Origin: Spirogloea muscicola
Lineage: Eukaryota
DNA length: 20,000 nt
Direction of reading: 5' to 3'
Assembly: GCA_009602725.1 (NCBI GenBank)
Contig: WELB01000025.1
Location: 73,388 to 93,387, forward strand
Every line of letters begins with the position of its first letter. Within the stretch, counting starts at the first letter, position 1. The position numbers and the translations under genes were made by a program. The notes below the pieces were generated by a model. It was not told the origin of the DNA. It was given only the letters and a program-made list of their open reading frames with translations, and did not search any database. Below are positions 1 through 9,547 of the stretch, piece after piece.

Positions 1-29
1 TTCTGCAGTATTTTGTAGTGGAGGACCTG

Positions 30-320
30 TTTCCGGCTCCTCTTTGGCTTTGGACATTGTCCATTCTTTGTTGGGCTGGCTTTGCCAGCCCCTCTTCTCT
101 ATGGGCGCCGCACTTCTCTGAGTCGCCTGCCGGAGCCACTCGTCTGGCTCTCCTTCCGGCGGCGCCTGCGTTGGCTCGCCACCGTCACCCTTTGACTTCC
201 TTTTGCCTGAAATACCGACCATCACACCTCTGCTCTGCGCAGGCACGCCCTCGCCGCGACGGCCCTTGTGGCCCAGTGTACTGGCTCGATCTGTGCGCGC
301 CACGCGCCTTCTCTCTCTGT
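30..320 (+). mobile_element. Degenerate 3'-UTR fragment of the RLE retroelement family
   Basis: Hairpin GGGCTGGC-TTT-GCCAGCCC at 73-91. The terminal motif GTGCGCGCCACGCGCCTTCTCTCTC at ~293-318 resembles the 3' end of the copy at 16243-16325. The segment between them is not clearly homologous. Boundaries approximate. Confidence 0.55.
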
Positions 321-334
321 AACGAGATCTTTAC

Positions 335-440
335 CATTGCAAAGAGAAGGAAGGAGGTCCTGCAAGAGAAGAAGCAGCTCCTTCGAAGGGGGGCGAGGGC
401 TGTGGAAAACCAGCCCACCAAAGAATGACCAAGGTCCCCA
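335..440 (-). mobile_element. 3'-UTR fragment of the RLE retroelement family
   Basis: GGGCTGTGGAAAACCAGCCC hairpin at 397-416. 349-425 aligns by eye with 9121-9190 (direct) and with 13078-13126 (inverted). Confidence 0.7.
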
Positions 441-444
441 GCAA

Positions 445-710
445 AGAGAGAAGGCGCGCGGTGCGAATGAAATGGGAAGGGAGGCCGTACAAATGTCCTG
501 GTAACGGGGTAATGAGCTGGCTTAGGGGGACACTAAATATCCTCGAGTGAGCACAGACATAGCTGACTAGCTAAGCTGAGGAGCCAGACAACCACCATGG
601 AAGCCATTAGCCTGGCCTAACCCACGCCCAGCACGCTGGTGTATCGCGAGTGCCTGGGAGAGCTGTAGACTCAATGATAGCCGCATTCTATAGCACGCAA
701 TGATGGCTTG
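445..710 (-). mobile_element. 5'-truncated RLE retroelement copy with endonuclease C-terminus and 3' UTR
   Basis: Minus frame reads YRMRLSLSLQLSQALAIHQRAGRGLGQANGFHGG...LS*SAMSVLTRGY, matching YHMRLSMSLQRSMAHSLHLRAGRALAAASGF...LLTRSY of the 16.4-16.9 kb copy. 448-480 matches 16249-16281. Confidence 0.8.
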
Positions 711-719
711 CAGGACGCT

Positions 720-810
720 GCAATGGCTGTGAAAGGCCAGCCCAAGTGTAGGTGGTCTCCCCGAAACGGAGCGATGGTTGTGAAAGCCCCGCCCAAACGG
801 AGCGGACATG
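720..810 (-). repeat. Two tandem hairpin units of the same family
   Basis: GGCTGTGAAAGGCCAGCCCA (725-744) and GGTTGTGAAAGCCCCGCCCA (776-795). Confidence 0.65.
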
Positions 811-1978
811 GTCACTGGACAAACTGGGAGGATCCAGCCTCCCACTTCCGATCATCACCACTACATCGTTGCTCCTCTGAGCAAAGGTTCATTGCTGCGT
901 ACAGAACGGATTAAGCACCAGCTGCTGGCATGGGGCTGCTGGCGACGTGCGATAATGAGGTCGCCGCTGCTGGATACAGAGCGGCAGCTTCCTCAAATGC
1001 TGGCGCCATTTGCCTGTTACTTGTGTCGGTATTGACAGCCACTGTCCTTCTGGAGATCTCCTTGTCTTCATCTCAACAGCCGCACTTGACCTCCATAATA
1101 GCCCCAGCATGTACCACGCCTGTACACCCCACGGACCACCCTGGGCCACCCTAGCTTCTTTGCCTCTGCTAGCCACCCGTCATCCACCCAAACCTCCCCT
1201 CAGCTTACTGGCCCCTGCTGGAAAATGCCGGCTTCCCCTCCCGTTGTGTTTCTGGCGCTTGGAGCAGCTTGCGCAGCTAAGCTTGCAGCACCGGCTACGG
1301 ATGTGCCCGGAATTGCCCAGTGGATGCGTTGCAGACAAAGACAGTTGTGGAGTGTTGTGGCATTTCCAGCATGCACTTGCTTCTACATGGGGCACTCTCA
1401 AGGCAGCACCTTGAGCAGTCTCGGAGGTACTGCCACTGGACAAAGCAAGGGTGAGCAAGCTTTACATGAATGCCTGCTCGCCAGCCACCGTGCAGCCGCG
1501 ACGCCGGAGCCCATGGGGCCCTCCTTCCTACTGCAGTAAGAAATGGCATCGTCAAGAGGAGTAAATCAAACAGGGCGCAGTGCCCACCACCCAGAATTTT
1601 CTCGGCCCCTGCTCGCCAGATCTCTCTGGTCGCTGCTGCCCAGCACGAGCACGAGAGGCCAGCATGGCAATGGGGACTGTCTAGCAGGAGGCCGCCACAG
1701 ACAGTGCTGCTGGTGCCGCCGAGGCAAGGCCATTATCGTGCGGGGTGAGGCCAGCATTATGAGGAGTTGGGGAGCCAAGGGGGGAGGGGGGGGGGAAGGG
1801 CTCAGGACGTGCCATGTACTGGGAGGGGAGAAGGGAAGGTGAAGCCAGGGGTGCTGTAGCGAGAGCCTCAGCCGGGAACCGCGGCGGCAGCGCCGACAGC
1901 GACCGACCACGGCCTGGCCCCGCGCCCGAGTGGCGTGGCAATGCACATTGGTACACGCCTGCGTACGCAAGCCACCGT

Positions 1979-2705
1979 CTACAGGGGCGCCGCGGTCGGG
2001 AAGGTGGGGGGGGCGACCTCGCTGGCCGTGCGGCTGCTCCTGCACAGCCGGCGGCGGTGCCGGTTGGCAGGCGTCAGCCCAGCAGGGGTGTGGGCAGCCA
2101 AGCCCTGTGCCCAACTGCAGTGCCCCATGACAGCGCCGGCAGCTACACTGCCGGCTGGAAATGCTTGCGGACGGCCGCTTTCGCCGCGACCAGGGGACGA
2201 CAAGCGTCAGAACCAATGTAGGGACGTCTTTCTTAGCCTTTCCAAGCCTTTCTCCCAGTAGCTTGACCACCCTTTCCCGAGGTTACGCTCACACATGCAC
2301 GTCGCCAGGACAGCCTGCGGTGCGGCAGGACCCCAGCATTGCGGAGTTGGGGCGGTGAGGAGCTCACTTGGCGACCAGCGTGTGCTTGTTGTTCTGGATC
2401 CAATTGCGGAGCACCTGCTGGGCAATGCCCATGTGCGCGCAGAAGGCCTGGATCTCGGCCTCGTGCTGCTTGCGCAGCCGCCACTCCACCTTGTGCGCGA
2501 ACTCCGCCAGCTCCGCGCGCTGCTCCGGCGTGAACACCGTGCGGTGCCGCTTGCCCAGGCGGGCCTTGCTGCCGCTGCCGCCGCCGCCGCCGCCTGCGCC
2601 GTTGCCCCCGCCCTCGTCGTCGCCCCGCAGGTGCTGCCCGCCGACGCCACCCACGACCTGCGTCACCAGCGCAAACTCGCCGGAGCCGCCGCCGCCGCCG
2701 GCCGC
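1979..2705 (-). CDS. ZF-HD (PLINC) class homeobox transcription factor, partial (5' end in N-gap); exons 2705-2368 and probably 2039-1979
   Basis: KRHRTVFTPEQRAELAEFAHKVEWRLRKQHEAEIQAFCAHMGIAQQVLRNWIQNNKH matches the ZF-HD homeodomain pattern (KRFRTKFT.EQK..M..FAE..GW...FC...GV.R.VLKVWMHNNK). It either stops at TGA 2364 or splices (AA|GTGAGC at 2367 to TGCAG| at 2040, CTGAC branch site) into an in-phase last exon KSSRTASEVAPPTFPTAAPL*. Confidence 0.85.
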
Positions 2706-3388
2706 NNNNNNNNNNNNNNNNNNNNNNNNNNNNNNNNNNNNNNNNNNNNNNNNNNNNNNNNNNNNNNNNNNNNNNNNNNNNNNNNNNNNNNNNNNNNNNN
2801 NNNNNNNNNNNNNNNNNNNNNNNNNNNNNNNNNNNNNNNNNNNNNNNNNNNNNNNNNNNNNNNNNNNNNNNNNNNNNNNNNNNNNNNNNNNNNNNNNNNN
2901 NNNNNNNNNNNNNNNNNNNNNNNNNNNNNNNNNNNNNNNNNNNNNNNNNNNNNNNNNNNNNNNNNNNNNNNNNNNNNNNNNNNNNNNNNNNNNNNNNNNN
3001 NNNNNNNNNNNNNNNNNNNNNNNNNNNNNNNNNNNNNNNNNNNNNNNNNNNNNNNNNNNNNNNNNNNNNNNNNNNNNNNNNNNNNNNNNNNNNNNNNNNN
3101 NNNNNNNNNNNNNNNNNNNNNNNNNNNNNNNNNNNNNNNNNNNNNNNNNNNNNNNNNNNNNNNNNNNNNNNNNNNNNNNNNNNNNNNNNNNNNNNNNNNN
3201 NNNNNNNNNNNNNNNNNNNNNNNNNNNNNNNNNNNNNNNNNNNNNNNNNNNNNNNNNNNNNNNNNNNNNNNNNNNNNNNNNNNNNNNNNNNNNNNNNNNN
3301 NNNNNNNNNNNNNNNNNNNNNNNNNNNNNNNNNNNNNNNNNNNNNNNNNNNNNNNNNNNNNNNNNNNNNNNNNNNNNNNNNNNNNNNN
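2706..3388. other. Assembly gap hiding the 5' ends of both the ZF-HD and DnaJ genes
   Basis: Run of N. Confidence 0.99.
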
Positions 3389-6300
3389 CTGGCCCGGGCA
3401 GCGCCGCCGACGGCGAGCCGGCGGCGACGGCGGCGGCCGTGCGGGGGCGGCGGTGTGCATGGCCGGCGACTACTACGCCACGCTGGGCGTCGCCAAGGGC
3501 TCCAGCAAGCAGGACATCAAGAGCGCGTACCGCCGGCTGGCGCGCCAGGTCGGCCGAGGCGTGGCCACTCTGTGCCAAGGTCCAGCTTTAGGTCAGGGTC
3601 CGAGGCCCAAAGTTTGGGGTTTGGGGGGCGGAACCCTAACCCCAGGCCGGTCCATGGCGTCCAGTTCCACCCGGACGTCAACAAGGACGCTGGCGCGGAG
3701 GACAAGTTCAAGGCCATCAGCGAGGCCTACGAGGTGAGGCACTCCCATAGCCGGCGAGCCACCAGAGCTGAGGCCGTGCCTCTCCGCCACTGCCATCAAC
3801 GCTGGCCCACAACCCAACTACCATAGTGCGCATGGTGTCAGGCCCCAAATGCGCTTGCAAGGTGGCCGTCATCTGGCGCTGCCGCAGGTCCTCTCGGACG
3901 ACGACAAGCGGTCCGTGTACGACCAGTTCGGGGAGGCGGGCCTGAAGGGCGCCGCAGGCATGGGCGGCGCCGGCGCCTACACTGTAGGCATCACTGCCAG
4001 TCGTAGTTTGGCGGCTCAGCAGCACTGCAGTCCGCTGGCGAAGCCGTGTTCTGCTGCCTGGTGGCCATTGGGACTGCTGAGCTTATGGCTGCTAGTAGAC
4101 TTAATGTAGCCGCTCACCGCTTTGGGCTGTTTCGGCTCCTGACAGACAAACCCCTTCGACCTCTTCGAGTCGTTCTTTGGCGGGAGCATGGGCGGCATGA
4201 GCGGCATGGGCGGCGGGCGCCGCACTGCCCGCGCCGTCCAAGGGGACGACGTCAGGTCTGCCATGAGACTCACCTCTGACTCGGTGGTTGTTGTAATTCG
4301 AGCTGCCAACGCTAGCCAGACACCTGCCAGACCGCCAATCATGTACCTGAGCGTGTGTTCCTGCCAGGGTGGACATGACGCTGGACTTCACCGAGGCTGT
4401 GTTCGGCGCGGACAAGGACTTCGAGGCGGGGCACCTGGAGACTTGTGGCGCGTGCAGCGGCTCCGGCTCGCGCGCCGGCACCTCGCGCAAGACGTGCGCC
4501 ACGTGCGGAGGCATGGGCCAAGTCATGCGCACACAGCAGACGCCCTTCGGCGCCTTCTCGCAGGTGTCGACGTGCTCGACTTGCGGGGGGGAGGGGGAAG
4601 TGATCTCCGACTACTGCCGCAAGTGTGGCGGCGAGGGGCGCGTGCGCGTCAAGAAGAGCATCAAGCTCAAGATCCCAGCTGGCGTCAACAGCGGCTCTGC
4701 GCTGCGCGTGCGCAGTGAAGGGGACGCCGGGCCGCGGGGGTAGGCGCCCTGCCCTTTCAATGGTCACTGCTTTTTCGAGATCTCAAGCCTTACAAATGAC
4801 GTCAGGATCTTGGTATGGTCCCAGACATTCCGAGGCATAGCTGATGACAGGCACCTAATGCTCAACCCAACTGCGGTGTTGTGCACTGCGCTACTGAGTC
4901 ACGATCTCAAGCGAGCCCCTCATGATTTGTGCCGGTGCTTCCGTTCAGAGGCCCGCCAGGAGACCTGTACGTGTATGTACAAGTCCGGGAGCACCCGGAC
5001 ATCCAACGAGACGGCATCAACCTCTACTCCAAGGTCCCCATTGACTTCACAGATGCGATCCTCGGCACAGTCGTCAAGGTCAGTCGGCCGTGCCTCACCT
5101 CCAGCCTCTTCAAGCTCCAGCACCAAGCTTCCAGCTGCCAGCTGAATCCGGCATGACAGAAGTTGTCGTAACCCACTTAGCCGGACAGCGACCGCCTGCG
5201 TCAGGTGAAGACTGTGGAAGGCACCATGGACCTGCAAGTGCCGGCGGGCACGCAGCCAGGCGATGTGCTCGTGCTCGCCAAGATGGGCGTGCCGAAACTG
5301 ACTAAGCCGGCCGTGCGGGGTGACCACTTCTTCAGCATCAAAGTGGGCATCCCAACGAGGCTCAGGTCAGCACCAGGGCATCGGCTTGACCTGTAGGGCA
5401 GCTGCTGGGCATTACTCCTGCCCTCCACTTCTACCACTTCTGAGGAGCATCGTTATCCTTTGTCGTACTCCGCCTGGCGCAGCAGCTCCGCTTATGTTGT
5501 TGCGTGCCTGTCATCAGACGGTCCTCACTCAGATGTCTTTGTGTCCCTTTCAGTGACTCTGAGAAGGAGCTGGTGACGGAGCTTGCAAGTATACACAAGT
5601 CGGGCCTGCGAGGCCGGACGAGTAAGTCCAAGACAACGGCCAGCAAAACGACTCCAAGTTGTGAGCTGCGGCCCTATGCCATATCAGCTGCCCTGAGGGC
5701 AAATCAGATACAGCACATGCATGCACAGTCCTTTGACTGTAGCTGGTTATATATTGCAAAGCTTCTGATGCGAATTCCTAGTAATACAGCGGTGTTTGTT
5801 GATCGATTTAGCTTTCATATGAAGCTTGCAGTCCATCTTTTGGATGTACCAGGCCTTGTCCTGAATTCTATGCAAATTTGTGCAGGGCCCCAGGAGAGCA
5901 ATGTAAGACAAGCAAACACAGGCGCTGTTGAGACCCAGAATGGAGCTAGTTCTTCGGAGCAGAATGGCAGCGTGCTAGGCTCCATACGGAATGCAGCTGG
6001 GTGAGCACGCTCACTTGCACCTCCATGCCTGCCTGGTACATTGTCGTCAAGTCATTGCAAGGAGCAGTTGCTCCAATGGCATCGAGCCAACCCTAGCTCT
6101 ATTGAGTGTGCTGTTGGGTGCTGTGCGGGAGAGGTTGGTGTATGCTTGTATTGATGGTTAGCTCCGGCATATTGTTGCACCCTGCTTAGGCGCACAATAT
6201 CTGGGCTTGAGAGAAGCGCAGTGCTGCTGCACAACGAGCCAGAGTCTTATGTCACCCCCACGGCTGCGCCCCCATTACCTAGCCTGGTTGTGGCAGTTGT

Positions 6301-6531
6301 CGCAAGTGTGGCGGCAGTAGTAGCTGTCATTAGGCTCCTGTTGATATGGCGTGTTTGGATGCGCAATCTTTAGCGTCAATAGCACATTTGGCGAGTACTA
6401 AGCGTAGCCCATCCAATGGTTGATCAATCCTCGCCTTGAAATTTATTCAAATTGTGTACTGCCACAACTTGCGAGGCCACTGCAGAACCGTTGCTTCAGG
6501 AGCGTTCAACTGGTTGCGGAAGAAGTTATGA
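3389..6531 (+). CDS. dnaJ: Class A DnaJ/Hsp40 co-chaperone, plastid type (DJA4-7-like), 5'-partial. Exons: <3389-3548, 3665-3733, 3888-3983, 4146-4255, 4368-4739, 4949-5078, 5205-5365, 5554-5660, 5886-6000, 6486-6531
   Basis: J domain DYYATLGV...AYRRLARQ/FHPDVNK, G/F region (NPFDLFESFFGG), four CxxCxGxG repeats, C-terminal domain (GPPGDLYV, VPAGTQPGD). All GT-AG junctions are phase-consistent. The last exon encodes GTVASGAFNWLRKKL*. Confidence 0.93.
6190..6373 (+). CDS. Putative alternative terminal exon of the DnaJ gene encoding a C-terminal transmembrane anchor
   Basis: Acceptor CCCTGCTTAG at 6180-6189, in the phase required by the 6000/6001 donor. Open for 60 codons: GRTISGLERSAVLLHNEPESYVTPTAAPPLPSLVVAVVASVAAVVAVIRLLLIWRVWMRNL*. 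Confidence 0.6.
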
Positions 6532-7400
6532 GGTGGGCAATCACGACTCTGCGGCTGAGGACTGCCTCTTATAAAGTGGGCACTGCAATGTCACTTGGCG
6601 GAAAGTCGATTTTGTTATTCTGCAGTAGCAGGGTTGTACAATAGTGGGTCACACTGCCACTGCCAATTCTCGCATATTCTTTTCCCTTGGCCATGCCTTG
6701 GGCTCTGACCTCTTATATTGGTAACACATCTTGCACCGAAACATGTCTTGCACAAATGAGTACTATTGCTTTACATCTTCCAGCACTGTTGCACTTGTTA
6801 CATTCTGGGTCTGTGAAAAACGTATTGGCCTCAAAAGTAGTACTACAATGAGCTGCATGCGCTGCATCAACCATAAAGCAGTCCATCATTGACCAAGAAG
6901 GCCCTCAATACATTTGCCAAGGCACTAGAATGCCCGAATGTCGAAGGACAAAGCTGCAAACAAACAGATTAGTCACCAAATATACAGCCTTGCTTTGGAA
7001 TTGAAAATTGCTTCTATCCGACCACAGTTCTGGATATGTGTCTACTTGACAGTCCGTCCACAGTACTACGTGGACATTTGTCTACTTGACACTAAGAAGT
7101 CAACGTGCACCCAGATGCCGTTCAAGTCACCCACAGGACGGTAAGATTGATTTGCCCAATATTTCACTCACTGCAACAACACAAGACATGTAGTCTGCAT
7201 AAGAATAGTAGCCTGTCAATTTACGCATGCAGGACATGCTACCTATTCTGCAGCAGTGCAACAGCGGTTGTAGACGGGCTTGCTGCACACAGCTCCCGAG
7301 AAGGCGAGCAGAACAATAGGCGGTGCGCTAGACTACGCAAGCTGCCGCACACCATGGACAGGAAAAGCATGGACAGCGGCATTGGGGGCAACTTGCTAAC

Positions 7401-8098
7401 CTTCTTGTTTTTGAATTTGCCATGCTTCTTGAAGCCGTGCGAACCGTGACCCTCGTGGTACGCGCCCTGCTGCGGGTATGCGCCTGCTCGACACACGACA
7501 TGCGAGAGGCAATCAGGCAATCGCCCATCGCCGCAGTTCACCACAAGTGAGCTCTTGCGAGGTGGTGTTTGCCATCAAGTAGAGGCGGCGAGGCAGACCT
7601 TGAGGCGGGTATCCGCCCGGGGCGGGCGGGTAGCCCTGCCCCATGCCTGGCTGCACTGCCATGCCGGGCGGCGGCGCGCCGTAGCCAGGGCCTACATGGC
7701 CAGGGCCGCCGGCCATGCCGCCCACAGCGTAGCCGGGCTGCTGGTGCTGCCCCTGGTGCTGGTGGCCCATGCCGGGAATATGGTCCACGATATCACCCAC
7801 AATGCCCCGCACGCCGCCGCCCTGCTGCGGGGGCTGTGCGCCGCCAGTCCTATACGGGTCCTGAGGCGGATAGCCTGCGGCACGGCGCAAGACGGAGTGA
7901 GTGCAGGCAGGAGCCCCTCAGTCGCCTTGAGCTCGTTGTGGGCGAGCTCGCCGGGCGAGCAGTGGCAGGGCCGCAAGCAACCTCCCACGCCTTGCCCGGC
8001 CAGATGAGTGTCAGCTGGTCAGTAGCAAGGCGGCAGTACAAAGACGGCACGGCAGGGAGGAGAGGCGGCTGCGAGAGGCTCGGCGGCTCACCGGCCAT
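7401..8098 (-). CDS. Small Gly/Pro/Gln-rich protein (glycine-rich protein A3-like); exons 8098-8092, 7874-7599, 7483-7401; last exon unresolved
   Basis: ATGGCCG|GTGAGC micro-exon joins in phase to give MAGYPPQDPY...GYPPAPGGYPPQGAYPQQGAYHEGHGSHGFKKHGKFKNKK. GYPP repeats plus a His/Lys HGKFK tail are typical of plant GRP-A3-like proteins. Confidence 0.75.
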
Positions 8099-8257
8099 GG
8101 CTGCCGAGGTGCTCCGTGAGGTGGGACGAGGGCAAGGTGGGCTGCAGGAGCGAGGCTGCGGAGGCGCAAATCGGGCCGTGGGGGGAAGGCTGTATGTTGG
8201 GCAGCCATGGCTCGGGGTTGCCAGGCGGCCTGCCAGGCCCGCCCCCTCACCCGGCTT

Positions 8258-8297
8258 GCCACGTGGTGACCACGTCCACGCGGCGCCCCGCCACGTG
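8258..8297 (-). promoter_or_regulatory. ABRE/G-box cluster upstream of the Gly-rich gene
   Basis: ACGTGGC on the minus strand at 8258-8264 and 8290-8296, and ACGTGGT at 8269-8275, 160-200 bp upstream of the ATG at 8098. Confidence 0.5.
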
Positions 8298-8328
8298 CCC
8301 TCTCCATGCGCCCCACCCACCCCCCCCT

Positions 8329-8331
<3 letters not shown>

Positions 8332-8371
<40 letters not shown>
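8332..8371. repeat. (CT)n microsatellite running into a gap
   Basis: About 20 TC units adjoining Ns at 8372-8701. Confidence 0.95.
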
Positions 8372-8789
8372 NNNNNNNNNNNNNNNNNNNNNNNNNNNNN
8401 NNNNNNNNNNNNNNNNNNNNNNNNNNNNNNNNNNNNNNNNNNNNNNNNNNNNNNNNNNNNNNNNNNNNNNNNNNNNNNNNNNNNNNNNNNNNNNNNNNNN
8501 NNNNNNNNNNNNNNNNNNNNNNNNNNNNNNNNNNNNNNNNNNNNNNNNNNNNNNNNNNNNNNNNNNNNNNNNNNNNNNNNNNNNNNNNNNNNNNNNNNNN
8601 NNNNNNNNNNNNNNNNNNNNNNNNNNNNNNNNNNNNNNNNNNNNNNNNNNNNNNNNNNNNNNNNNNNNNNNNNNNNNNNNNNNNNNNNNNNNNNNNNNNN
8701 NCCCCCCCTCCCCCTCCCTCCCTCCATCTCTCTTCTCGGCGGCTTGTCAATCGGACTTGTGGCTGCCGACTAGGTTGTTAACGAGGTTA

Positions 8790-8860
8790 CGAAGTGAAAA
8801 GAGAAGAGAAGACGCTTCCAAGAGAGGGCGGTGGCTGGGAGAGGCCAGCCCAGGAAAGAA
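8790..8860 (-). mobile_element. 3'-UTR fragment of the RLE retroelement family
   Basis: CTTCCAAGAGAGGGCGGTGGCTGGGAGAGGCCAGCCCA (8815-8852) is the reverse complement of the family motif seen at 13243-13276. Confidence 0.7.
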
Positions 8861-8899
8861 ATGAATAATGAATAATCTGAATGAATGATTTATCAATAA

Positions 8900-9110
8900 C
8901 CTGCATGGTCCTTTCCAGCTGCCAGTTACTCCGACTTGCTGCTGCTAACTCGGGGTTACTAAGCTCCCATCCGCTGAAGTTTCTTGCATAGCTGGGTGGT
9001 TTATGCGCCTTTCGGCCCTTTGGACCTTGTCTATTCGTTCTGGGCTGGCTTTTCACAGCCCGTCTTCTACTGGAGGAGCTGAAGGTTTTTTTCCCCGTTT
9101 TCCTTTTTCT
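8900..9110 (+). mobile_element. 5'-truncated RLE retroelement copy
   Basis: 8912-8962 translates FPAASYSDLLLLTRGY*. Perfect hairpin GGGCTG-GCTTTTCA-CAGCCC at 9042-9061. Confidence 0.8.
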
Positions 9111-9400
9111 TACGTATGAGAGGAAGAACTCCTGCAGTAGAGAACAGCTCTTCCAATATACGGCTATGGCTGTGAGCCCAGCCCAAAGAAGTGGATACGG
9201 TCCAGTAGAGGCCGACGGCTGTGATTGGCCAGCCCAGAAAAAGGATTGAACAAAACCTGAAGGGGCCAGAAAAGCGCTACAGCGCATAGCGACTCGAGTG
9301 GCCACTGGGTGCTCAATATCCCCTGGTGACCAGCCGCAGGTCAGAGAAAGTAGTCTCTGGGTAGCGGGTCCCCTGTCTATAGCTAGAGGCTGCAGCCAAG
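9111..9400 (-). mobile_element. 5'-truncated RLE retroelement copy with duplicated hairpin unit
   Basis: 9399-9313 translates LAAASSYRQGTRYPETTFSDLRLVTRGY*. Hairpin units at 9217-9236 and 9168-9185. 9305-9200 aligns with 13181-13276. Confidence 0.82.
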
Positions 9401-9547
9401 ATAGAGGGTGACACTATCCAATAGATCGTGGAGAGCACCGTGTCATTGAGTCAAGTCAACCCGGAGGTAACACTTGTGCTACTCATACTCATCATTGCTC
9501 AATGCATCTCTTTGGTGGGCGAGCTATGGTGAAGGGGTGTCCCCAAG

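Noticed and set aside
850..1780. Possible small minus-strand gene (ATG ~1739; coding-like stretch near 912-1071)
   Set aside because: No recognisable domain and no phase-consistent exon chain could be built.
2295..3737. Long ORFs spanning N-gaps (also around 8.4-8.7 kb and 12.4-12.6 kb)
   Set aside because: They are open only because Ns contain no stop codons.
7032..7091. Short direct repeat GGAYATKTGTCTACTTGACA x2 (similarly TGTCTCATTCTA x2 near 13568-13611)
   Set aside because: Isolated two-copy micro-duplications with no further structure.
6570..7400. Candidate last exons of the Gly-rich gene (several AG acceptors near 7250, 7172, 7014 and 6620)
   Set aside because: None gives a recognisable tail, so the choice needs transcript data.
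9000..9280. MITE with terminal inverted repeats
   Set aside because: Both arms extend into endonuclease C-terminal coding sequence, so two opposed retroelement 3' ends explain it better. No target-site duplication was seen.
8787..9305. 172-aa ORF similar to the 73-aa ORF at 13181-13402
   Set aside because: The similarity comes from the shared non-coding 3' UTR of the retroelement, not from a protein family.
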